From: an uncultured Gammaproteobacteria bacterium | GTDB lineage: Bacteria; Pseudomonadota; Gammaproteobacteria; Steroidobacterales; UBA11654 | Reading direction: 5' to 3' | Assembly (NCBI GenBank): GCA_902595845.1 | Contig: CACJRN010000001.1 | Location: 134,326 to 198,325 of the forward strand | DNA length: 64,000 nt | Shown: one piece after another, positions 49,963-58,413 of the stretch | Position numbering within the stretch: position 1 is the stretch's first letter | How the letters are laid out: each line of letters begins with the position of its first letter | Position numbers and translations under genes: made by a program | Notes under the pieces: generated by a model | Seen by the model: only the letters and a program-made list of their open reading frames with translations | The model's database searches: none | Told to the model about the DNA's origin: nothing

Positions 49963-50952
49963 ATGGGTCAGGTTGCAATGGTGATAGATTTAAACAAGTG
50001 TATTGGTTGTCAAACCTGCACAACTGCTTGTAAATCTCTTTGGACAGATGAACCTGGCCAAGAATATATGCTATGGAATAATGTTGAGACAAAGCCTGGT
50101 CCTGGCTATCCAAGATATTGGGAAGATGGCGGCGGCGGTTTCGATGATGAAGGAAACCTCAAACGCGATGGATTAATGCCTAAAAAAGAAGATCATGGAG
50201 AAGAAGTCCCACTTAATCATGACGAAGTTTATTTCAAAGGCGTTGAAGTTAGGCTTCAACAAGAAAAGCCAATGACCAAAGGCGCCAATTGGGATGAAGA
50301 TACCAGCTCTGGAGATTATCCAAATAATTATCATTTCTACTTGCCCAGAATGTGTAATCATTGCACCAAGCCTGCATGTTTAGAAGCATGTCCTGTGAGA
50401 GCCATTTATAAAAGAGAAGAGGACGGTGTTGTACTGATTGACGATGACAAATGTCAAGGTATCAGAGAATGCAATAAAGCATGTCCATACGATAAGATTT
50501 ATTTTAATTACATCACGGGTAAGTCACAAAAATGTATATTCTGCTTCCCAAGACTAGAAGAGGGCGTTGCACCAGCATGCGCAAGACAGTGTCCAGGTAG
50601 ATTAAGGTTTGTTGGGTTTTTGGAAGATGAGGATGGGCCAATCAATGAATTAGTTTATCAATGGAAGGTCGCCTTACCGCTTCATCCAGAATATGGTACA
50701 GATCCAAATGTATTTTATGTGCCACCAATGTTGCCACCAAATTTTGATGAAGATGGAGATTTCTCTGATGATCCAAGGGTTCCAACAGAATACTTAAGAA
50801 GTCTATTTGGGGATGCCGTGGATGAAGCACTGATAACGCTTCAGTTTGAGATGGAGAAAAAACAAGAAGGAAAGGAATCCAGATTAATGGATATTCTGAT
50901 TGCCAAAGAATGGAAGTCTTTATTTAGCATTCCTGACGTCAAAATTTACTAA
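49963..50952 (+). CDS. Iron-sulfur (beta) subunit of Nar-type molybdoenzyme, 3x[4Fe-4S] + [3Fe-4S]
   Basis: 329 aa. Cluster motifs CIGCQTCTTAC, CNHCTKPACLEACP, CQGIRECNKACP (second Cys replaced, as in the NarH 3Fe-4S site) and CIFCFPRLEEGVAPACARQCP. Confidence 0.9.
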   Translation: MGQVAMVIDLNKCIGCQTCTTACKSLWTDEPGQEYMLWNNVETKPGPGYPRYWEDGGGGFDDEGNLKRDGLMPKKEDHGEEVPLNHDEVYFKGVEVRLQQEKPMTKGANWDEDTSSGDYPNNYHFYLPRMCNHCTKPACLEACPVRAIYKREEDGVVLIDDDKCQGIRECNKACPYDKIYFNYITGKSQKCIFCFPRLEEGVAPACARQCPGRLRFVGFLEDEDGPINELVYQWKVALPLHPEYGTDPNVFYVPPMLPPNFDEDGDFSDDPRVPTEYLRSLFGDAVDEALITLQFEMEKKQEGKESRLMDILIAKEWKSLFSIPDVKIY

Positions 50953-50969
50953 TTCATTACAATAAGGCG

Positions 50970-52928
50970 ATGACGATGCAATTATCCAACAGTCGCATTT
51001 TTTTAATCATGACATCACTGGTCCTATCATCTGTGATGGCCAGCCTTGACTCCAGTTTCACGCCAATCGCTATTCCAGATATGATCGATAAGCTTGATTC
51101 AAGCACGAGTGAAATTGTTTGGGTTGCACTTGGATATCTCATTGCAGCAAGCGGCCCGATGCTCTTGGCTGCAAAAATGGCTGATGGGATCGGCCATGCC
51201 CGTTTTTTTCAAATTGGGACATTAATATATAGTTTAGCAATGATCGCGTGTGCTTGGGCACCAGATGCTAATACGCTGATTATTATTCGGTTTGTTCAAG
51301 GTTTTGGTATGGCATTATTTCTGCCTACAACCTTCGCTATTGCTACTGCAATGTATGGCCCTGAAAGAAGAGGTAGTGCATTAGGAATTCTTCAGGCAGC
51401 CAATGCAGTCGGTTTTGTCATGGGACCAATTTTCGCAGGATGGTTACTCGATGCATATGACTGGACAGCTATTTTTTGGTCTAGAATTCCATTCGCCATA
51501 CTTGCGATAGTATTGGCTTTTCTCGCATTAGGATTCAAGCAGCCATTTCAATTTTCTGAACGTCAGAAATCTTATGATTATTCTGGCGCAGTATTTTTAA
51601 CATTGGCATTGTATGGAATTTTATATGGTTGCAATAAACTTCCTGTAGAAGACAATCATTTAGAACCAATGGTATGGATTATTTTCCTTTCAGGTTTTGT
51701 TTTTTTTGCACTTTTTATTAAGCAGGAGAAAAAACATCCTGATCCATTGATTGACTTATCACTGTTCTCAAATAACAACGAATTCACAAAAGCCTCTATT
51801 GCATTTACATCGGTTTTTGCAAGTTTCCCAGTGTATCTCTTTATCTTACCAATCATCATGATCAATGGTCTTGAGCTAAAAGCATGGGATGCGGGATTGG
51901 CATTGGGAGCAGCTGCTCTTGCTACCTTATTGATCAGTCCTGTGGCTGGTAATTTATCAGACCGTATTGGCCCAGAAAAACTTTGTATGAGTGGAGCACT
52001 TCTTACAGTGTTTGGTTACATGCTTCTTTTCCTGGTTAATTCAGATTCAGGAGCTTTAGAGATCATTCCAGCGATGATTTTTATTGGTGGTGGGACAGGT
52101 CTATTCTTCTCTCCAAATAATAATTTAATGCTATCAAGTGCTCCACCTGAGAGAGCAGGTATGGTTTCTGGTTTATTCGGTGTATACAGGCAATCAGGCT
52201 ATGCATTGGGATTTGCGATTACAGCCAGCTTATTTACTGCCGTTCAGAATTGGTTTGATGTCAATTGGGCATATGACTCACTTAATGCAACAACTGTCGA
52301 ATCGGCAGATACAATCACTCAGCTCTATAATCAAGGCAGCCAATGGTCACCAGAGGTTCTGGTCTTTATTTTGCATATTGGTATTTTGCTCTGCTCAAGT
52401 ATATTGATCATTACTTTTGTGAATTCAATCCCAAAAGTGAAGCTCATGTTTTCAAAACAGATGACCACAGCGCTGATGGCAGTCGTTGTTTCAATCATTT
52501 CAATGGCTTCATATAGCTTGAATGCTCCTGGAGTTATTGACAGTCTTCAAATAAATGAGATCAATCGACCTGTTGTTTCTGTGCAAGCATTTGGTATGTC
52601 TTCAAGAGAGTATGAGATTCAAGATCAAACGAATTTTAGAATCATAAATGCCATGAATGATGAACCATTTGCCAATGAAAAATATGAATTAAGGTGTGGT
52701 TTTTGTCACGGAGCAGATCTAGATGGCATTGAAGGACTGGGAGTTACACTCAAGAATTCAGACTTTCTGAAGAGCATGACAACAGACGAAATTATAGATT
52801 TTTTGAAAGTAGGCAGGATGCCGGATGCCGAAGATACTATTTCTGGGGGCGTGATGCCAGGATTCAACTGGCTTGAAACATCTGAGCTTGAAGAAATTGC
52901 CAATTTTATAAAGATTAACAATGAATGA
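50970..52928 (+). CDS. Fusion protein: 14-TM MFS (DHA2/EmrB-like) permease + 15th TM helix + C-terminal monoheme class I cytochrome c domain
   Basis: 652 aa with 14 hydrophobic helices in the usual MFS pattern. An extra helix TTALMAVVVSIISMASYSL spans residues 499-517 and is followed by a 58-aa linker. Then comes CGFCH (residues 576-580, nt 52695-52709) and a distal Met in GGVMPGF. Confidence 0.85.
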   Translation: MTMQLSNSRIFLIMTSLVLSSVMASLDSSFTPIAIPDMIDKLDSSTSEIVWVALGYLIAASGPMLLAAKMADGIGHARFFQIGTLIYSLAMIACAWAPDANTLIIIRFVQGFGMALFLPTTFAIATAMYGPERRGSALGILQAANAVGFVMGPIFAGWLLDAYDWTAIFWSRIPFAILAIVLAFLALGFKQPFQFSERQKSYDYSGAVFLTLALYGILYGCNKLPVEDNHLEPMVWIIFLSGFVFFALFIKQEKKHPDPLIDLSLFSNNNEFTKASIAFTSVFASFPVYLFILPIIMINGLELKAWDAGLALGAAALATLLISPVAGNLSDRIGPEKLCMSGALLTVFGYMLLFLVNSDSGALEIIPAMIFIGGGTGLFFSPNNNLMLSSAPPERAGMVSGLFGVYRQSGYALGFAITASLFTAVQNWFDVNWAYDSLNATTVESADTITQLYNQGSQWSPEVLVFILHIGILLCSSILIITFVNSIPKVKLMFSKQMTTALMAVVVSIISMASYSLNAPGVIDSLQINEINRPVVSVQAFGMSSREYEIQDQTNFRIINAMNDEPFANEKYELRCGFCHGADLDGIEGLGVTLKNSDFLKSMTTDEIIDFLKVGRMPDAEDTISGGVMPGFNWLETSELEEIANFIKINNE

Positions 52929-54237
52929 TTTGGTAAATGCAAAGCAACAAGACTCCAAGGCTGCATGGTATGCAGTCTTTGTCCTCTTGCTCGCTTATGT
53001 TCTTTCCTTCGTGGATAGAATCATTCTCAGTCTATTGGTCACACCAATTAAAGCTGACCTAGGCACAACTGATGCACAAATGGGACTACTCATGGGGTTT
53101 GCATTTGCCATATTTTATACAGTAGCAGGCATACCGATTGCTAAATATTCAGATGTGAAGAGCAGAAGAATGATAATCGCCATTGGGGTATTTTTGTGGA
53201 GCATAATGACTGCTGTTTGTGGATTGGCTAGAAGTTTTTTCCAACTTTTCCTAGCAAGAGTAGGCGTTGGAGTGGGAGAGGCTGCACTCACACCTGCAGC
53301 TTACTCTATGATTTCCGATTATTTCAGCGAAGATAAGTTAGGCAGAGCAATGGCAGTATATAAATCTGGTGCGATGTTTGGCGGAGGCTTGGCTTTTATC
53401 ATAGGCGGTGCAGTGGTTGGATATGTGGTCAATTCCGATTCCATTATCCTTCCAATATTAGGAGAAATGAAGCCATGGCAAATGGCATTCATCATTGTCG
53501 GTCTTCCAGGCGTTTTAATCGGTCTTTTGATGTTGACAGTAAAGGAGCCAAGAAGGACAGGAATAGCTGATACGCTTGATAAAAAAGTATCCATATCTGA
53601 TGCCATTAAATATATGCAAAAACGTTGGAGGATTTATTTGTTTATCTTCTTGGGTTTCGCTTTTATGGGGGCTCCCATTAGTTCAGCATTGACTTGGATA
53701 CCTGTTTACCTTCAGAGAATACATGAGATGAGTATTCCCGAGAGTGGAAGAACCCTTGGTATTATTATTTTCTTCTTATCGACAAGTGGAGTCATTGTCA
53801 GTGGTTGGTTGATTGATACTTTTAAGAAAAAAGGTTTTCAGGATGGTTATTTTAAGGTTGCTTTAATGATTTGTATTGTCACCATACCCATCTCCTATTT
53901 TGTCATGAACGATGAAAGTCTAGAAAAAACCCTCTGGTGGTTACACCCATTTGTATTCGTTGCAAGTATGCCGCTCGCTATTTCTGCAACTGTGTTACAA
54001 ATTGTTACGCCTAATCAATTAAGGGCTCAAGTCTCAGCAGTATATATGCTTTTTTTGAATCTGATCACAGCACTCATAGTGACCACAGGCATTGGTTTTA
54101 TTACTGATTTCTGGTTTAAGAATGAAATGGCTCTAGGTCAATCCATCACTATGGTTAATCTCTTATCAATGTTTCTGGCTTTTCTATGCTTATACATTGC
54201 AATGTCAAACTTTAATAAAGAATTCACAAAGTCCTAA
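52921..54237 (+). CDS. MFS transporter (12 TM)
   Basis: 438 aa. FVDRIILSLL, then G-x-x-x-D-x-x-x-R-R-like motif A (KYSDVKSRRMII). 8-nt overlap with the preceding gene. Confidence 0.8.
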   Translation: MNDLVNAKQQDSKAAWYAVFVLLLAYVLSFVDRIILSLLVTPIKADLGTTDAQMGLLMGFAFAIFYTVAGIPIAKYSDVKSRRMIIAIGVFLWSIMTAVCGLARSFFQLFLARVGVGVGEAALTPAAYSMISDYFSEDKLGRAMAVYKSGAMFGGGLAFIIGGAVVGYVVNSDSIILPILGEMKPWQMAFIIVGLPGVLIGLLMLTVKEPRRTGIADTLDKKVSISDAIKYMQKRWRIYLFIFLGFAFMGAPISSALTWIPVYLQRIHEMSIPESGRTLGIIIFFLSTSGVIVSGWLIDTFKKKGFQDGYFKVALMICIVTIPISYFVMNDESLEKTLWWLHPFVFVASMPLAISATVLQIVTPNQLRAQVSAVYMLFLNLITALIVTTGIGFITDFWFKNEMALGQSITMVNLLSMFLAFLCLYIAMSNFNKEFTKS

Positions 54238-54312
54238 AAAGTCGGTTAGTATAAAAGTTCGCCTTGTAGAAAATAAACAGGGTTAAATAGACAATTTTTA
54301 AGGGGAGTTTTT

Positions 54313-54945
54313 ATGGTTGATCAGTCAACAGAAGATAATTACGCTGGTGTCTGGGATAGTGGATTAGGGTTTGGTGAAAAATCGGCTTTAATTGTTATTG
54401 ATTTACTTCAGGGTTATACCACTGAAGGCTCAGCACTCTATGCACCTGGTGTAGTTGAGTGTGTAAAGGAAGTGCCAGATCTACTCGGATTGGCAAGAGA
54501 AAAAAATGTGCCTGTGATTCACACCAGGGTTCTATACACAAAACCAAATTACGAGGATGGAGGTGTTTGGATTAAGAAAGCGCCAGTGCTTCTTGATTTG
54601 GTCGAAGGCCATCCTTATGCAGAGTTTTGCGAAGGAGTTGAGCCTCAAGAAGGAGAGGTCGTTATAGTGAAGCAGTATGCAAGTGCATTCTTTGGTACCT
54701 CATTGGTGGCTACATTAAATGGTCTTGGCGTTGATACACTCATCATTACTGGATGCACAACATCTGGATGTATCCGTGCCACTGCCGTTGATACAGTTCA
54801 GCATGGTTTCAGACCTATCTGCGTAAGAGAGTGTATCGGTGATAGAGCTGAAGGCCCACATGAAGCAAATCTTTTTGATATCAATGCCAAATATGGTGAT
54901 GTCATCAGCAAAGATGTTGCTATGGATTATTTAAACAGTTTATAA
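54313..54945 (+). CDS. Isochorismatase-family cysteine hydrolase (N-carbamoylsarcosine amidase-like)
   Basis: 210 aa. ALIVIDLLQGY (Asp), VKQYASAF (Lys) and ITGCTTSGCIRATAVD (nucleophile Cys), the family catalytic triad pattern. Confidence 0.8.
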   Translation: MVDQSTEDNYAGVWDSGLGFGEKSALIVIDLLQGYTTEGSALYAPGVVECVKEVPDLLGLAREKNVPVIHTRVLYTKPNYEDGGVWIKKAPVLLDLVEGHPYAEFCEGVEPQEGEVVIVKQYASAFFGTSLVATLNGLGVDTLIITGCTTSGCIRATAVDTVQHGFRPICVRECIGDRAEGPHEANLFDINAKYGDVISKDVAMDYLNSL

Positions 54946-54964
54946 AAATTTAGGGGAAGGAATT

Positions 54965-55888
54965 ATGAGTGATTTAACACAATGCAGGCACTATGATTAT
55001 GTGCCAATAATTGACAGGGAACCATTCAAGCTACCTGATGGCGCTAGAGTCGCAATACTGCCATATATCAACATTGAACATTTTCCAGCAGCCATTCCGG
55101 GCACATCATTGATACCTGGGACAGCGGCTTTCTCTCCTGATCCATTGAATTATGGATGGAGGGATTATGGAAACAGAGTTGGTTTATGGAGAATGATGGA
55201 ATTGATGGATAAGCTCGGCATGAGAGGCACTGTGTGTTTGAATGCAGAAATTATTAGAGAGTATCCAAGAATCATCGAAGAATCTCTGGCAAGAGACTGG
55301 GCATTCATAGGGCATGGAATCAATAATGCCCCTGCAAACTTTATAGGTAACGCGCCAGATGGGGAAGGTGGTCATACGCCACTTCCTGAGGAGAAAGAGA
55401 GAGAAATCATCAGCACAGTTTGCCAGACAATGGAAGAGGCATTGGGTAAGAAAACTAAAGGTTGGTTAAGCCCATTCCTAACTCATACAGATAATACTCC
55501 AAAAATATTGGAAGAAAATGGAGTTGAGTATCTATGTGACTATACAGCAGATGATCATCCTTTTAGGTTTAATACACCACAGAATAATCTCATTGCTGTT
55601 CCATACACTGTAGAACTCAATGATATTCCTGCATTTTTGGGTCACTCAGGAGTCGGAGTTTCATCAGAGGCATTTGGAGACATGATTGTTGATCAATTTG
55701 ATGTCCTATATGAGGAGGGCGCAACCAATGCAAGATGTATGCCTATTTGCTTGCATACTTTTCATGTTGGGCAGCCAAATAAATTCAAGCATCTTAAAAG
55801 AGCTTTTGAATATATTGCCAGCCATGATGATGTCATTCTTTCAACAGGAGATGACATTAATGATTGGTATCGAGAACAATACATGTAA
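54965..55888 (+). CDS. Polysaccharide-deacetylase-fold hydrolase (divergent, PuuE-size)
   Basis: 307 aa. The size and the pattern (ARVAILPYINIEHF..., IGHGINN, LCDYTADDHPF) resemble the divergent NodB/PuuE-type deacetylase family. Assigned by eye only. Confidence 0.55.
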   Translation: MSDLTQCRHYDYVPIIDREPFKLPDGARVAILPYINIEHFPAAIPGTSLIPGTAAFSPDPLNYGWRDYGNRVGLWRMMELMDKLGMRGTVCLNAEIIREYPRIIEESLARDWAFIGHGINNAPANFIGNAPDGEGGHTPLPEEKEREIISTVCQTMEEALGKKTKGWLSPFLTHTDNTPKILEENGVEYLCDYTADDHPFRFNTPQNNLIAVPYTVELNDIPAFLGHSGVGVSSEAFGDMIVDQFDVLYEEGATNARCMPICLHTFHVGQPNKFKHLKRAFEYIASHDDVILSTGDDINDWYREQYM

Positions 55889-55921
55889 AGCATCGGCTAT
55901 TTAGCCAAGCTTAGTTATAAT

Positions 55922-55952
55922 AATGGGCAGTATTACTGCCCATTATTTTTTT
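55922..55952 (+). terminator. Rho-independent terminator
   Basis: AATGGGCAGT (55922-55931) and ACTGCCCATT (55935-55944) form a perfect 10-bp stem, followed by A-TTTTTTT. Confidence 0.88.
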
Positions 55953-57212
55953 ATGACTAAGGATTATCAAAACATCAAAGCATTCTTGATTTTTATTCTG
56001 CTAATGCAGACTGAATTATTTGCAGCAAAAATTCCAGAACCGGGACCCAGTGTGATGAGACTCCCAGTTTTGATTGAAAATGAGCAGTCAGAACTGATCG
56101 TTGCAAATGGATTCAAGGTTGAAACACTTATCAGTGGTCTTGACTCTCCAAGATGGCCGATCGTGCTAACAAATGGAAACATACTGATTTCAGGATCAAA
56201 GACTGAGGCATTGCCTAATATGCCTGAGGAAACCATTCGTTTGCTCACCAGCATGAATATATTTGGTAAATCTCCGAATACTATTGTTGAAATCAAAATG
56301 GATCAAAACCCTCCTAAAGTTGAGAATCTGATTGAGGGCCTCAATCAACCATTTGGGATCTTATATGCTAACGAAAATCTTTATGTAGCTAATACAGATT
56401 CCATAATTAAGTTTCCGTTTAAGGGCTTCACTGTTTCAGGCAAAGCAGAGAAGATTATTGATTTACCATTTGGTCCACCCAATAACCATTGGACTAGGAA
56501 CATCATCCTGAATGAAGAGGGAAATAAGATACTAGTCACGGTTGGTTCGGGTACCAATGTGAATTCAGAAGGTGTAAATGAAAATGAGAGAGCTGCAATT
56601 TGGGAAATCAATCTGGATGGCAGTCAAAAAAGAATATATGCATCTGGCCTAAGAAACCCTGTTGGATTGGATTTTTATAAAGAAAATGGAAGTTTATGGA
56701 CAACTGTCAATGAGCGGGATGGGATAGGAGAGTTTACGCCCCCTGATTATCTGACTGAAGTCACAGAAGGTGCTGATTATGGGTGGCCATACGTCTACTT
56801 TAAGGACCATGCAGATCCAACGCATTTGAAGCTTAATCCAAAAAAAGTTCAAGAAGCAATGGAGAACTCATTGATGCCTGATCTTCCGCTTGATGCACAC
56901 TCTGTCCCATTGGGCTTATTGTTTCATAGCGGAAAAAATATCAACACAAAGTATAAGAATGGTGCTTTTGTTGTTCGACGTGGCGGAGTATCGACATCAA
57001 AGCTCACTGGTTATGATGTACTTTTTATTCCATTTAAGGATGGTAAGCCCACCGGAGCTATAGAGACCTTTTTGTCCGGCTTTATAGCCAGCGAGGAAAG
57101 AGGAGAAATATATGGAAGGCCTGTTGGTATTGCAGAAGCATTAAATGGAGAAATCATCATCACGGATGATGTTGGTGGTAGGCTTTTGTTAATCAGCCCA
57201 TTGTCTGATTAG
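55953..57212 (+). CDS. PQQ-dependent sugar (glucose/sorbosone) dehydrogenase-family beta-propeller protein
   Basis: 419 aa from the ATG at 55953; the ORF-track start at 55923 lies inside the terminator stem. Signal peptide, then GLRNPVGLDF...ERDG...PPDYL...GADYGWPY. Confidence 0.72.
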   Translation: MTKDYQNIKAFLIFILLMQTELFAAKIPEPGPSVMRLPVLIENEQSELIVANGFKVETLISGLDSPRWPIVLTNGNILISGSKTEALPNMPEETIRLLTSMNIFGKSPNTIVEIKMDQNPPKVENLIEGLNQPFGILYANENLYVANTDSIIKFPFKGFTVSGKAEKIIDLPFGPPNNHWTRNIILNEEGNKILVTVGSGTNVNSEGVNENERAAIWEINLDGSQKRIYASGLRNPVGLDFYKENGSLWTTVNERDGIGEFTPPDYLTEVTEGADYGWPYVYFKDHADPTHLKLNPKKVQEAMENSLMPDLPLDAHSVPLGLLFHSGKNINTKYKNGAFVVRRGGVSTSKLTGYDVLFIPFKDGKPTGAIETFLSGFIASEERGEIYGRPVGIAEALNGEIIITDDVGGRLLLISPLSD

Positions 57213-57213
57213 T

Positions 57214-58413
57214 TTATTTCTTTAATGCATTCAGAATTAAGTTTGGCAGTTTTGAATCATCCCATTCAGGCGAGTTATCACCGGTTCTGAGTATTACAAG
57301 AGACTCAGAGGGAATAATGTACATCCTTTGTTTTCCAATCCCATCCATAAAGAAAAGGTCGTCGGCAACATACGGTTCGCTGTGGAAGTTTGCATACATG
57401 GTTAGTCTTGCATCATAAGCTCTTCTTTCCTGATATTCATTGCCAAGCCAAATTTGCATTCCATAATTTCTATTTGAATCAGAAGGCGTAATCATCTGAT
57501 TTACCCAGTTTTTAGGTAACACCTCTCTATCCATAAAATACCCTTTATTCATGAGCATCTGACCGATACGAATCATGTCACTGATTGAAGCCCACATACA
57601 GCAGTCTGTATGGACCATTCCATTGGGTCGATCAACAAAGAAGAATGCATCCCGACTTCCAAGTGGAGACCATATTTTTTCAGAGAAATATTCGCTGTAT
57701 CTCTTTCCAGAAGTTCTTTGAATCAGAATGCCAAGTATTTGGCTGTTGTAGTTATTATGCGAGAAAACAGTGCCTGGCTTGATTTCTGGATCCATATTTA
57801 GATTTGCACTTACAATGTCTGTTCCATAAGCTCTTTGGATTCGATCTGAGAATGGAGAGTAATCAAAGGATTCTTTGAGCCCTCCTGACATGTGTAGTAA
57901 ATGCTTTATAGTGATGTTCGTTTTATCACCATTTCTCCATTCTTCAATGTAATTTGCAACAGGATCATCTATTGAATCTATAAACCCATCTTCAATTAAG
58001 TGTCCCACCAATAGTGCATTCATGGTTTTTGTGAAAGAGTGAAGGCCAAAAAGTGAGTCTGGCTCGGTCTCTTGCCAGTAAGACTCAAAAACAATTTTAC
58101 CTTTATGTTGAATTACAAGACTTTTGCTGCCATGTATTTCTGCATATTGTCTAGCCTCTTCAAATACCTCCAAAGCTATCTCGCTTTGTTCTGGGCTTAT
58201 TTTTTCAAGAGGGGATAGAAAATTTCCCTGCGTTCTTTCGAGCGGTTGATACCAAGAAAAGTCTGGATCCAATGGGTTACCCATTAGAGCAGTTGTCCAT
58301 CTTTCCCAAAACAGCCCAAAGAGCCCAAAACTTGCTGAACCAATGATTGAGCTGATGACGAAAATCACGACCACAATAGAGATCAGTATGAATTTGAAAA
58401 ATTGTCTAATCAT
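57214..58413 (-). CDS. Membrane-anchored beta-lactamase-fold serine hydrolase (paralog 2)
   Basis: 399 aa. N-terminal TM helix, S-x-x-K motif SFTK, HLLHMSGGL. Confidence 0.8.
   Translation of the reverse strand: MIRQFFKFILISIVVVIFVISSIIGSASFGLFGLFWERWTTALMGNPLDPDFSWYQPLERTQGNFLSPLEKISPEQSEIALEVFEEARQYAEIHGSKSLVIQHKGKIVFESYWQETEPDSLFGLHSFTKTMNALLVGHLIEDGFIDSIDDPVANYIEEWRNGDKTNITIKHLLHMSGGLKESFDYSPFSDRIQRAYGTDIVSANLNMDPEIKPGTVFSHNNYNSQILGILIQRTSGKRYSEYFSEKIWSPLGSRDAFFFVDRPNGMVHTDCCMWASISDMIRIGQMLMNKGYFMDREVLPKNWVNQMITPSDSNRNYGMQIWLGNEYQERRAYDARLTMYANFHSEPYVADDLFFMDGIGKQRMYIIPSESLVILRTGDNSPEWDDSKLPNLILNALKK

Noticed and set aside
54238-54312. A weak hairpin (CCTTGT...ACAGGG) that could be a terminator splitting the molybdoenzyme operon.
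   Set aside because: The stem is imperfect (5 of 6 pairs) and there is no T-run, so it is not convincing as a terminator. An internal promoter cannot be excluded.
55923-55952. The ORF-track start of the PQQ-dehydrogenase-family gene at 55923.
   Set aside because: These 30 nt form the perfect 10-bp stem-loop plus T-run terminator of the upstream operon. The ATG at 55953 gives a normal signal peptide.
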